Origin: the human T2T-CHM13v2.0 reference genome, Homo sapiens
Reading direction: 5' to 3' (one strand)
NCBI RefSeq assembly: GCF_009914755.1
Contig: NC_060926.1
DNA length: 64,000 nucleotides
Every line of letters begins with the position of its first letter. Within the stretch, counting starts at the first letter, position 1. This document shows positions 19,479-50,300 of the stretch, piece after piece. The translations under genes and the position numbers were made by a program. The notes beneath the pieces are model-generated. The model had not been told where the DNA came from. It ran no database searches and was given only the letters and a program-made list of their open reading frames with translations.

Positions 19479-19817
19479 CTAGCGCTGCTCCACTTCTTGC
19501 TTCTTTGATGTGTCATCCTAGCTGCCTAATATGATAATATTAGGAATCCCATCAATGATTGGATAAGCTATTCTCAACTCTTCATTAATCAATTCATTTG
19601 TTGATGCTTCATATCTGAGCGGCTTCTTGGAGAGCGGGCACACCAGGAACTCCAGCAGCGCCGGATCGAAGGCGCGGGGCGGCTCCTGAGTCTTCTCGCT
19701 CCTGTCGGCCAAAGGCCGTGACCCCGACGCGTGCAGGCACCTACGGGCGACCGCGGACGGCGGCGCGCGCGTTCCCCGCAGCGCTGAGGCGAGCCTGCCG
19801 CGCGCTCCGCTCAGCGT
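19479..19817 (-). pseudogene. PYURF (Trm112-like, PreY)-derived ORF; ATG>ACG, frameshift near the C-terminus with premature TAG at 19520-19518
   Basis: (T)LSGARGRLASALRGTRAPPSAVARRCLHASGSRPLAD...LLEFLVCPLSKKPLRYEASTNELINEELRIAYPIIDGIPN; remnant KQEVEQR* ends at 19479. Confidence 0.92.
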
Positions 19818-19895
19818 GGTCTGGCAGCCGGAGACCAGGCCTCACTGCGCCTCCAACAGCCAGGGTCGAGCCCCTGGCTCCCCGTTCGTCCAGGC
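19615..19895. promoter_or_regulatory. CpG island carried by the retrocopy 5' end
   Basis: About 37 CpGs in ~270 bp by manual count, in an otherwise CpG-depleted region. Confidence 0.8.
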
Positions 19896-19929
19896 CAGCT
19901 CAAGAAACAACTTTTTCTTTCATGTTTTT

Positions 19930-20400
19930 TGTATGTGTTTTTTTAGGTTATGGTCAGTGAGGTTTAGCCACAAGAGATATCACAGGAGAGACACAGGAAA
20001 AAAAGTTGTAATATACTCACAGGTCCTAGAGAGACCAGTCACTGCATGCTGAGAGGGGGTCACATGGGAGGGGGCTCAGCCAAGCAGGTGGGGAGCGGAG
20101 AGGCCTAAGACATGGGCAGGAGCCTTTGGGTCAGGGAGAAGCACACAAGAAAAAGAGAATTTCACTGGTGCATTTAAATGTTACTAGGTCATGGGCAAGG
20201 TAGCAAGGGAAACTTGTGGCAGGGGCCACCCATATCACACTGGGCCAGGTGCTCACAGCCTGTTTGTGGAGATGTTGAGGCAGCAAGAAAACCGGAAGTT
20301 TAAAACGTACACTACAAATGTAAAAACATACACTGCAAAATCTCACCCACAACACCAGTCAGAACTTCATCTCCTTTTTGTATTTACTCTTTGGCCAATG
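19930..20400 (-). mobile_element. Old ERVL-type LTR (MER54/MER88/LTR53-like), boundaries uncertain
   Basis: Minus strand reads '...ctctctaggacctgtgagtatattacaac...' like the 3' part of these LTRs, from memory. Confidence 0.4.
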
Positions 20401-20955
20401 AGTAGTTAATTTACACCACTGAGTGAAGAACCATGTTTTGACTTTAAATGCCAAGGACAGTTTGTTTTGAACTCTTTAGTAGTCTTTTAAATGGTACAGA
20501 AAAAGATGGAAAAATAGCTTATGTTGGGCTTCTGGATGTGACCCATCTTTACCAACCATTTTTCTTATCCTGTCCCTTAGTTTTCTTTGCCATGTTTAAG
20601 CACTTTACTGTTGCATGAAATGCATTACTTTCAGTTCTACTAAATTAATATTTTAAAGTTCGTTTTTCCTTCCTAATTTCTATATTCCAAAATTCTGGGA
20701 CTGCTTCATTGCTCAAGGTAGAGAAATGCAGGGCCCTGCCAACACTATGGAAGACAAAAATAACTGAATCAATTCTGGCTCTCTTCTTTTTATTCCTGCC
20801 TTCAATAAGTCAGGTTACATACTATGGCTTATATTTAATTGTTTGTGTCTAGGCTCAGATTTTTGATATTTGTTAGTTTTTGTTACTGAAAGTATTTACA
20901 TAAATAACGTACATTATATTATTTCCCATATCTTACATAGTCCCCTTGTATATGA

Positions 20956-23628
<2,673 letters not shown>

Positions 23629-24981
23629 AGTCAAAATGTCTTCTTATGGAAATGCAATGGACTGGATGACAAATATAAAACAAACACACACTTGGGAAAT
23701 TGCTTCAAAATTAAAGGGTGGGCAATTTAAAAGGACAGGAAATTGAGTGATTGATGTGTGTGTACGGTAGCTACGTTTTTATCAGCTTACACTAACTTCC
23801 ATTAAATAGCCTTCCTCTCTAATACTTAGGTTCTAAACCCTGTAGGGGTAACAGATTTTGCTTAGTAATCAAATAGAACCTCAGATCATGTCACCCACAG
23901 AAAGAGGGAAGTAGAAAAATGAGACACTCCCTTATTGATCACACAGAGCTTTCTGTATGTCTGCCAGAAAGTATTCTGGGTTAAATAATTATGTCACAAA
24001 ATATGAGATAAGTATGCAAATATATGTAAGGATAAGGTGTTCATAAGTGTCTCCCTCATTCAGATAGAAATTTCTAGGTATTTCAGGAATACTATTGCCA
24101 GTTGCTTAGGGAATATTCTCCCCTCATTTTATTTTCAGGAATAATATAAATACTGCATACTACTATATAGCAAGTGTATGAAAAAGTGGGTCTGAAGACA
24201 CTTGTACAAGCCTTAAGTATTACTGTGCATTCTGAGTTTTAGGAGATGGGAAGATAGATTTTTCTGTTTCTGCAGAGGATGGGCTTAGCAAATTAATTAT
24301 CCTGCTACTTCCCCTTCAAGATTTAATAATGGAATTAGGGAGTGTCCATTATTTTGTATGAATGAAAAAACATTACATTTTAGCCTCCAAATGAAGAAAA
24401 ACAAGTACCAAGTTTCTCTGTGATTTCATTAAAGCAAACTGAGTTCTCAAATCTTACTCTCTCTAACCCAAAACAAAGCTGGTCTGGTTCTAATGGTGTT
24501 TTCCAAAACAGAAAATCCTCCTCGCTACTATTTCATTTAAAAACTGACCCCAAACCACAACCCAATTTACATGCTATCTATCTATCTTTGTTATCCACAT
24601 ATAAAATTCTCACAGCCAGCAAGGCAACTTAAAAGGGTTTCCAAAGAAATAAGCTCAACTCCATATTGACAGAATTATTCCTAGCCGTTATTTTGACATA
24701 AATTTCAGTATCTAAATATCGCAAACTCTGTAGTTTCTAATATTTTCCACATAGAAGTTTCTAATATTTTCCACATAGTACCAACAGCTGCAAATCCAAG
24801 ATATGAAAGATGTGTACTTATTCAAATGTGGTCTTTACCATCTGTCTAAAGTTGGCTGACAGGTGTTATATTCACAAACACCGTGCTTTTGTGTGCGGGT
24901 TACAATCTAAATCCTTTCCACGAAGGAAATACGTTGCAAAATTGATGTCTCAAGGCCACTGAAGTGACATTATAACTTCAG

Positions 24982-25131
<150 letters not shown>

Positions 25132-25248
25132 TCAGTTTTGAAATCATGTTTTTGTACCATATTTATGATTTTGAAGTAGGTGCTTCTTTTGGATTAAGAA
25201 AAAATTAAGATAACTGACAATAATCTATCAACTATAGTCCCTTTAAGA

Positions 25249-25392
25249 TTTTTTTTTTTTTTTTTTGTTTTCGGTAGAGACTGGGGTTTCCCTATGTTGC
25301 CCAGGCTGGTCTGGAACTCCTGGGCTCAAGTGATTCTCCCACCTCAGCCTCCGAGAACACTAGGATTATAGGCCTGAACCACTGCTCCTGGT
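25249..25392 (-). mobile_element. Free left Alu monomer (FLAM-like)
   Basis: Single monomer with T-tail. Confidence 0.75.
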
Positions 25393-26739
25393 TTAAGATA
25401 ATTTTGAAAGGCAAATGCATATAACTTGTGCTTTGATGAGGTGCCTATATTTAAATAATTGTATGCTGCTCTGAGAAAGGAATTGAGTTAAAAGTGAAAA
25501 GGCAAGCAATACTGTGGTCTCCATAGAACATTTAAGATCACTTATAGAAGACTCTCAGATAAGGTTTAAAAGTAAACTTGTTCATATCAAGTAAGAAATG
25601 ACATTTGTAAACACTGCTTCAAGTTGATTTATGTTTATTATAAAAGTGGTATTACAAAAATATTAGACATAAGGGAAAAAACTCCCCCTAATCCTACCAC
25701 ATTAGCACACCCAACATTGTCATTTTGGTTTACAGTTGTTATGTCTTTTCCATGTGCACTTTAAAACTTTTTGATGTGCGCATTTTACAGTATGCATTTT
25801 ATCTCAGGTACAACTTCTTGTTCATCAGATCCCTCACATCTCCTTATGGAGACTGGAAAATTTTATTTCTCAAGATTCTACAAGTTGCACTGTGGCAGAT
25901 ATTCAAGAGTGTATATTTGGGCTGAGGGTTGGGACTAATAAAGAATGCACAGTGGCACAGACAGTGGGTCATCTCAGAAGTCTAGGCCCTTGAAAGCCAA
26001 GGAGTCCACAAGGCAGGGTTGAGACCCAGAGGACAGTCTAAGAACTGGACATGAAACCAGAGTCACAGTGTGGAGGGTAGAAGGCAGTCCCAAGGCAATC
26101 CTCTTTCACATCACAGTAACACCACAGACCAGAGGGCTGGGGTTTGGGGTATAGGGATCCAGAGCCCAAGGATCAGGGCAGAGTGAAAGGCTTCACTCTG
26201 TGTGTCCAGTTCTGTTTCTGAGTACCCTGAAGTAGTATCAGTGATAACCACACAAAATCTGGCTTTGAGTCCTGGGTGTAACACCTACTAATGAGTAATA
26301 CTGGGCAAGTCATTTAACCTCAGGGTCTCTTGTCTCCTCATCTGTAAAGTAGTAACCATATGATTCATCATGATATCAGGATACATGAGACTAAATAGGG
26401 GCACTATTAGTCATTATGCCAGAAGAATAGGTGTCACTAAGATAATACCTGACCTCCTTCATGCAGCTGTTGAAGAGTCCTGAAAAGTATGTAAATATTG
26501 TACAGCATTATGCAAATGTAAGACGGTTTTATATTCATTAGTCACAATGGGAAATAAAGGTCTGTCCGTTACATCTTTTATAGAGGCTCTCCTTGTGTAC
26601 ACTATTACTGCCTCCAGAGATTCTTATAGGATAACAAGCAGAAAATGAATTCTATATAGAGAGAAAAAGCCCAAATTAAACATAATGTTCATAAAGTAAA
26701 TACATTCATCAACAATATCAGAATCAAGAAGTAGAACAT

Positions 26740-31174
<4,435 letters not shown>

Positions 31175-31319
31175 CCAAGCTCAATTTCTATTCAATGCTT
31201 TCCATATTGAGGGATAAGCAGTATAGCTTTCATTTTAATAATAATCATTATTAAACTTTTTCAGGACAATGAGGTGAAAACAATATAAAGTGATCCTTTT
31301 CTAAATTTATCTGAATTCA

Positions 31320-31487
<168 letters not shown>

Positions 31488-31713
31488 TTAATCAAATAGG
31501 AAGCAGCATCAGAAAAACAAGAAAAGGTAAAAATATCTAAGTCCTCCAGTCTTTGTATCTGGGTAAGATTCTATAAGAGGTATAAAATACTGAAAATTTA
31601 TCTATAGTCATATATTTTAATCATCTTAGTTTCAGATAGAGTTGGATCCGACTTCCTTACATTTTTCAAAGTGGTTTTGAAATAAATATGTGGGATGTTT
31701 AAAAAATAATTGA

Positions 31714-32029
<316 letters not shown>

Positions 32030-34267
32030 AATGCAAAAGGTATAGGAAGAAGTTCTAAAGAGTCAAGAAGGGAAGGAACAGGCCTGATAATTGGAATGCT
32101 GAAACCTATAAATATGCTCATACCCTTGGACTCAGTGATCCCATTCCTAGCAATTTTTCTTAAGGAAATAATTTAGCTGAAGGAAGAAGTACATGCATGA
32201 TTTTTTTTTTTTTTGCAGCATTATCTGTAATAATGAACAAGTAGAAACAATAAGGAAGGAATCAGGTAGATTATGTTGTATAAAATGACAGTACTTTGTA
32301 ATTAAAATGTCATTATGAATACTCTATGGGAATGTGGAGAAATGTTTGCTACAACATGAAAAACCATTTATGCTATGATTAAGGCACAGCACTAGAAAGG
32401 AATTTAGATTATCCTGCCTAATCCCTTCCTTGTATAGAAAAGATCTGAGGCCCAATGTAGACAGGGTTCCTCAAACACAGATCTTTTAATTCCCAGGGAA
32501 GCTCCCTTTCCTGGTCTGTACCACAGGAGAGAGAAAAGTAAATATAAAGGAAAGACTGGTAAAGTCGAGTTCTGCACAAAGAGGCAGGGGCAGATTTTGG
32601 TCCCGTCTTAGCTATTTAAACTGTCTGATGACCTTGAGCAAGTTACTCAAATACTGTGGTTTTCAACTGTTCAGCTATTAAATGGGAATATCCTGTCTGC
32701 CTACAGGTAGGGATCAGAGCACATATTTTGAGTAGTGAAAAAATATTGTTGATAATTGCATTGCCAGAAACTAAAAGTTCAGTGCTGCTAGAAACGTGGC
32801 AAGTTATGGAGGAAGAGGGAGGAGTTGATAGTGGAGAATGAAATCAGTTTGTAAATCTTTATAGCTACTGAGCCATTGGTATGCCACACAAGAATAAATA
32901 TTTTTAAAGATGTTACTGTAGCAAAAACATCTGAATTATCCCAGATAGAGTGCCTCTTTATCAAATAATATTGTCTATTCTTTCTTTTATTCTATTCAAT
33001 CAATTCTTACTGAGTGATTATTTAACATTTAGTTTATTAATTGAGCTAACAACATGCTGCTGTCATAGAAAGTACAAAGATGACTCACTCCACATATCAT
33101 GCCCTTGGGATGCTTGTAGATAGAGCATGTACCTCAGTATTTAATACAAAGTACAATGCATTAAGACACTGTGAAGTGCCGTGAGGGGTCCCCCCGTCCA
33201 GGGGTTAAAATCTAGGATGTGAGAGACTGGAATATAAAGCAAGATAAAGTAGGATTAGAACCATGAAAATAGATAAAGCAAAGCACCACGGGAGGAGGGA
33301 GAAACCATTTCCATTTGGCAGTACTGAGGAGGACTTCAAGGACTGACAATCATGGAGAAAACACTGGATTGGGATCTAATACTCAGGCCCACGTCCAAGC
33401 TCCATTACTGAACATCAGAAGCAGAAGAAGCAACACAAGCACAGATAGATGCATCAGAGGGCTGTGGAGCACTCAGTGTGATTATAGAAAACCGCAAGTA
33501 TTCTTCCTTCACTTCAGTAGGAGATAGGAGATATGGGTGGAAATGCGACATAGGCAGGTTTTACCCCTGGAAACCATGGTGTTTCATTTTATAAAATGTA
33601 AGCCAGGTGCTGACATCAGAATCTGCTGCTTGAAGAGAGAATTCCACAGAAGTGTAGAGAATGAATTGGGGGTTGGAGACCTGTGAGGAACTCTTGCAGT
33701 AACCTAGGAAACCAAATGAGGCTCTAAATGGCTCTGGTGTTGAGGCAGAGAGGAGTGGGAAATTTGAGACAGGTTTCAGAAACAGAACTGACAGGATTTG
33801 GTAACCAATATGGATGTGAGAAGCAAAGTGACCCCCAAGGTGCAGGGTTGGACACAGGATGGTGGACTCTCTTCTCCTGCTGCCTTGCCCAGAAAGGGAA
33901 CCAGCCTCCAGAGCTGTTCTTTTTCCTCTTGTCAACTCTGAACACAGCAAGTTTTGCTTGATGGAAGAAACAGTATTGACTGCCCTAGGTAGGAGTAATT
34001 AGCAGGTCAAGTGTTTTAAACCAGATGCCTGGGAAAATCAGTGAAGAAAACATGGGGTCTGGTGAAGGTGGGGAGGGAAACAGCCCTTGTTTCAGTCTTG
34101 TTGACAGATTCCTGAGGTGACTAATATTTTTCCAGTTGATTGGTGGACTGCAGATTTTATCTAGTAGTGCTGACATTAAAATCAATCTGCTTGTTGGTTC
34201 TAGCATCAATAAGCACACCATTTTGCTTCACAAAGATAAAGTAAAGCACATATGTCCAAATGTTTCA

Positions 34268-34606
<339 letters not shown>

Positions 34607-34719
34607 TCAAATTTGTTTCATTGTTTTCATACTGTATTAACATAATTTTAAACAAACAACTAAAGTGACTGGAAGTTTATGTGAAAGTTACTTCTAATTA
34701 GGCAGGATTTAGGTCAAAA

Positions 34720-41830
<7,111 letters not shown>

Positions 41831-42240
41831 AACCTAATTGCTTGAGAAAGATATTCAAGGTAGTTATTTAATGCTTAGGAAGTACCTTAAAGTTGATTTA
41901 GTCTTGATCCTCATTTTACAGATAAGGAAACCAGAACGTTGGGGGCATACTTTTGTTTCTTAAATAGTGATTTTAATTTATTTAATGTTGAATGACATTT
42001 ACTATTTTGCTAGTATCTAATGACACTAGATATACAAACAATTGTATTCATTCATTCAACAAATATTTCCTGAGGCTTGTACTGCTGGTGGTTGAGATAC
42101 ATGAGACAGAAAGGCAGACACAGCCCTAGCTGTCCTGGTTATACGGATACGTTCTGATAGGACCCAAACATATAAAACAAATAATTATTTAATTTCCATT
42201 GTGATGTGCTACAAAGTAGAGGCACATAGTTGCATTCTTA

Positions 42241-42459
<219 letters not shown>

Positions 42460-42582
42460 TCAGCAAGCTTATTTACTGTAATAGTCTATCATTAGGTCAA
42501 GTGTTCAGTTGACCAAATCAGAATCGAAAACATACAAAAGGGAAACATAAAAATTTAAATAATCTTATATATAAAAATCACA

Positions 42583-42584
<2 letters not shown>

Positions 42585-42628
<44 letters not shown>
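42585..42628 (+). repeat. (TG)22 microsatellite
   Basis: Direct reading. Confidence 0.95.
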
Positions 42629-42635
<7 letters not shown>

Positions 42636-42859
42636 ATATAAATGAAACATAATACCAGAGGTATTCAGGTACTCTATTAAGTCTCTGTCCCCTTGAAATG
42701 TAAAAGTTTTCACATTCCAAAGCCTGTTCCTTCCTTGGTGGAGCTGTTCTCATTCTAGGTCATTTTATACTTGTTCTGCCTGATCTCCATGCCTTGACAC
42801 TCTGACACAGTGGATGTTCATTTTACATGGAATGAATGAATATGGCCTACAATTTTATT

Positions 42860-45647
<2,788 letters not shown>

Positions 45648-47349
45648 TGCTGCTTTATTCTTTTAAAAACTGCCCATAGCAATAAGCAGCATCTCCACAT
45701 TTTTCACTTAAACTAGAGCTTGACTAGTAATGATCTCACAGGAAAAGAAAGATCATACATATGGCAAAAGATAGCATACTCTTTTGTGATCAAAACAGCG
45801 CTGTCTTGTGTGTTTTTAAATGTTTTAAACATTTAAAAAGTCAAATATACAAACCAAAACCTCCACAGGCAAAACTCTACTAAAAAATTACTTCCAAGTT
45901 TTGAGCCTATATATCAAGACAAAAATAATTGTGCCCTATTGCAACAATGGGAGCCAGTTTTTGAGAGTCAGTTTTCTAATACTCCAGTCTGTATACATTG
46001 GATTCCATCTCTATGTCATTGGTTTACTCAGTATAGACACACATAGAGACAAAAAAAGTATATGATTTTTACACTTTCTAACATCTTCAACTATTATGAG
46101 GGCCATTTTAAAAAATGAAATGTAAATTTCTCCTACATACAAGGGTGGAAAGTGTTGCTGTATAGAGAGCTTAAAGGATGTAATACATCTAAGGACAAAG
46201 TAATAGCTCTATTACACTATTATTAAAATTCTATGCTCAGTTTGGGATACTATAAAAGAATATGGGAAAAGTAAAAAAAGGTAAAAACAACCAAAGTAAT
46301 TAAAAGGAAAACACATTTAAAAAGGAAGATTTAAGTAAATCAGGCTGATTTAACCTTAAGATAAGGAAGCTAAAGGATGAATTAGATTTTAAGTTCAGAT
46401 ACATAATATAAAAATGTTAGAAATGTACAGAAGATTTAAAAATTTTCAAATGGACTTTATCAGTAAAGATTTTAGTTGAATATAGGAAAAAAAAATAGAG
46501 GAGAAAATCTAGAAATGGAAAAGATTCCAGAGGTGGCTGGAGAAATAAGTGAGAAGAATAATCCTGGTTGTGGGGAAGGGAACAGGTATTGGTGATGCAG
46601 AGGCAGAGTCACAGCAAGGAAGGTTTCAGGCTATAGAAATAGAGTTTGGGGAATGGAGAGATGTGTTAAAGGATCTTTAAGGAAATGCTGCTGGATAAGA
46701 TGAAGGGTAACCTCAGTCCTCTCTCTTCCCCAGACATTTTCAGTAATGATCTGCTTTACCTTACAGTGCTTTTGGTATGGATTCATGTAGTTTGGTTTCA
46801 TTTTATTTTAATGCTACAGATGCATGAAATTGGGATTAAGATAGGCAGATGAGTGAGAAAGGTCTAGCTCAAAGGCTTAGTTTTTTATTCCATTATATGA
46901 AACACCATTTGAGTGAATACCTCAGAGCATAAATGTTTGAGGGCATTTCTAATTACTTCCTCAGTAGAGTTCTTAAAGTAAAATTTCTCAAAGTCTGGGA
47001 TGTTTACATTCTTCAGAAAATTTGTCCCATCCTTGCTAAATCTATAAAATACACTTTTTTCTCGGTTCTCCTGGCTTCTCTACATAAAATATAGGTTTAA
47101 TGCATTGCTGGACTTGTTAGAAGTAAACAACAACAAAAATGTAAGCTGAAACCAGAGCTAGGAAAGAGAAGCAGCAAGCGAAGAAGAAAGGCAGGTGTGC
47201 TGTGGGCAATGCCTGTGCTGACACGGCCAGACAAGGCCCTTGGCAAACGCAAGGAAACTGAGCCGAGCCCACAATTCTACATTAAAATAGGCTCTGGAAG
47301 AGGGTTAAAGTGGTCACCAGGCTGTGAGTATTCCTTGACTCTGGGAAGA

Positions 47350-50300
47350 AGCAGTATGAATTTTCTTTTGCAAAAAATTATCTAGGCCTCTAGGAGTCCC
47401 ACAGATTAAGAGCAAACAAATATTGGCTGGTATTCACAAATCACTAAAGAAACAAGCTACCACAAGAATGCTGGGGTAAACCAACAAATAATAGATTTAG
47501 ACCCCCCAAGGACTTCAGATATTTGTATTTTTGGATATGGATGTGAGTCAAAAAGTGAGAAAGAACAAGGGACTATAAAAATTAGGCAAATTAATAAAAC
47601 AACAAATAGAACTTTTATAAATAAAAAGTATAGTTGTTGGGGAAAGAATCCTCGATGTATACATTAAACAGTAGATTAGATGCAAGAGGAGACAATTAGT
47701 GAGAAACAGATCTGAAGAACTTACCTAGAATGTACTGTAGAGGGAAAGGGGGATGAAAACATGACAGAGAAGTTAAAATATATGAGGAATTAATGAAAAG
47801 GTTCACCATAAGCTTATTAGAGTTCTGGAAGCAGAAAATAGAGAAAATGGAGGAGAGAGACTATTTTTAAAGATAATAGTTGAGTCATGCATATTTTATC
47901 ACACTAAAAAAAATAATGGTTGAGCAGTTTCCAGAACTAGTAAAAGGCACAAATAAAAGAAATACAATTTATACCAGCAAAAATTAAAAAATAAAAATTG
48001 CACATTTAGACACACTGTACTGAAAGAGCAGAATACCAAAAACAAAGAGCATATCCTAAAAACGGCCAGATACAGAAATTGAATTAGAGCAAGACTCTGT
48101 CTCAAAAAAAGAAAAAAAAAGTATCTAAACTAAAGGAGGTAGTCAAGGAGAAAGGAAAATGAACTCACAATGAAGATCTGAAATATAGAAAGAAATAGTA
48201 AGACAGGAAAAATATTGGTAAATCTCAATTTTTTTAATAAAACAAGAATGATGTTCTAATTTGTAGAAAAGTAGAAAAATCAGAAATGGAAATAAAATGT
48301 ATAACTTTCAAATCAGTAAATGGCAGGGGTTGGGGAGGATGAAGAAAACTTTTAAAACAAATGAAAAAAAACCTCAAATAGTTCAAAATGAACCAAAACA
48401 GGAGACAAAATAATGGGATTGGAAGGACAAAACAAATGGAAAACAGAAAATACAGGTCCAAATATAGTGACAATAAACAAATGGGCTAAACTCGCCAGTT
48501 AAAAGAATGAGAAGTTGACATACTGGGCTTTAAAAAAAAAATCCAACTAAACCTTGTTTATGAGATGTATCTCAGTTATAAGGACATGGTGAGGGCTAGG
48601 CATGGTGGCTCACACCTGTAGTCCCAGCACTCTGGGAGTCCAAAGCAGGCAGATCACCTGAGGTCAGGAGTTCGAGACCAGCCTGGCCAACATGGCCAGA
48701 CCCCATCACTACTAAAAAATTAGCTGGGTGTGGTGGTGGGTGCCTGTAATCCCAGCTACTCAGGAGGCCGAAGCAGGAGAATCTCTTGAACCCAGGAGGC
48801 AGAGGTCGTAGTGAGCTGAGTTTGCACCACTGCACTCCAGCCTGGGCGACAGAGCAAGACTCGATCTCAAAAAAAAAAAAAAAAAAAAAAAGAGAACATG
48901 GGAAGATTGAAAGGAAAAGGATGGAAAAGGGTTACTAAGAAAACATTATTTAATAAAAGAAAGCTAGTTATGCTCTACTAATATAAAGAAGACTTTAAGC
49001 CAAAAATCATTATTATTATTGAGACAGGTTGTCACTCTGTCGACCATGCTGGAGTGCAGTGGAGCAATCTTGGCTCACTGCAGCCTCTACCTACCCACAC
49101 TCAACTGATCGTTCCTCCTCAGTTTCTGGAGTAGCTGGGACTACAGGTGCACGCCACCACACCTGCCTAATTTTTTGTAGAGACGGGGTTTCACCATGTT
49201 GCCCAGGCTGGTCTCGAACTCCTGGGCTCAGGCCATCCGCCTGCCTGAGCCTCCCAAAGTGCCGGGATTACAGGCATGTGCCACCACGCCTGGCCCAAAA
49301 AGTATTATTAAAGCCAGAAAGGGTCACTATATAACAATAAAAAATTAATTCACCAAAAAGATATAAAAATTCTAAACTTGTATATACCCCTGTAGAAAGT
49401 AAAAAGTTTCTTCTTCAAATTTTCCTTCTCATTAAAAAAATAAATCATAAGTGTTAAAAATAATAGTTTCTTTTAAAGACTAACTTCCTTCAAGCCTCCT
49501 TGCTTTGTGCTAATAACTCTTTGTTAAGCCCTAATGTAACTGTTAGACATGCTCACAGGCACGTAGTACATTCTGTATCCTTGCACCTCACCCAAGATAT
49601 TTGTGCTGGACATGCTTACAGGCACATTCCAGCTCACAGCCTAAGACCCCTCCCCTATTTGGCATAAGCAACTTCCTCTTTTCCTATATTCTCCCTTGCC
49701 TTTACCTATTTAGAAAAATTTTAAACCGTTAGCCAATCGGGTTCAGTTTAGATTGTGAGGTCTGGCTCCAGCCAATGGAGACAGGACACAGTAGCAGGGA
49801 CAAGCTGTGTAAGGGATAAAAATTACTTCCTCCCTTTGTTCAGGTGTGCTCTCACCATTGTTCCATCTGCGATGAGCACCCTTTCTACAAAAAGTAAAAA
49901 TTGTCTTACTAAGAAAATTAAATTTATGTTCAAATGCTGTTTCTTTGTGGCACCAAGAAACAAACATTCCTAACACCCCCTACCCCCAGATCCTCAAAAT
50001 ACATCAAGTAAAAGACTACAGGACAAAGTTGAAAATCCAATTTAACAGTGGAAGATTTTAAAACACATTTCTCAACACGTAAACAAAAATTAGTAAAGAT
50101 ATAGAAGACGTAGAGCAACACAAATAACAAGCTTGATTTAACAGATATAACCGGCTCCTGCATTCAACAGTTTGAGTATACATTCTTCTCAAGCAACATG
50201 AAACATTTACAAAACTTGGCTACTTTGTTATTCCCTAAAGAAAAAGTTCCAATAATTCAAATAATTAGTGTCATAAGAACACATTCTCTGACCGTGATGC

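Larger units (their letters stand above)
18596..19901 (-). pseudogene. Processed retrocopy of the bicistronic PYURF-PIGY mRNA, apparently full length
   Basis: TSD AAGAAACAACTTTTT at 18581-18595 and 19902-19916; degraded poly(A) 18596-18612; AATAAA at 18637-18632; no intron; both parental ORFs recognisable. Confidence 0.95.
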
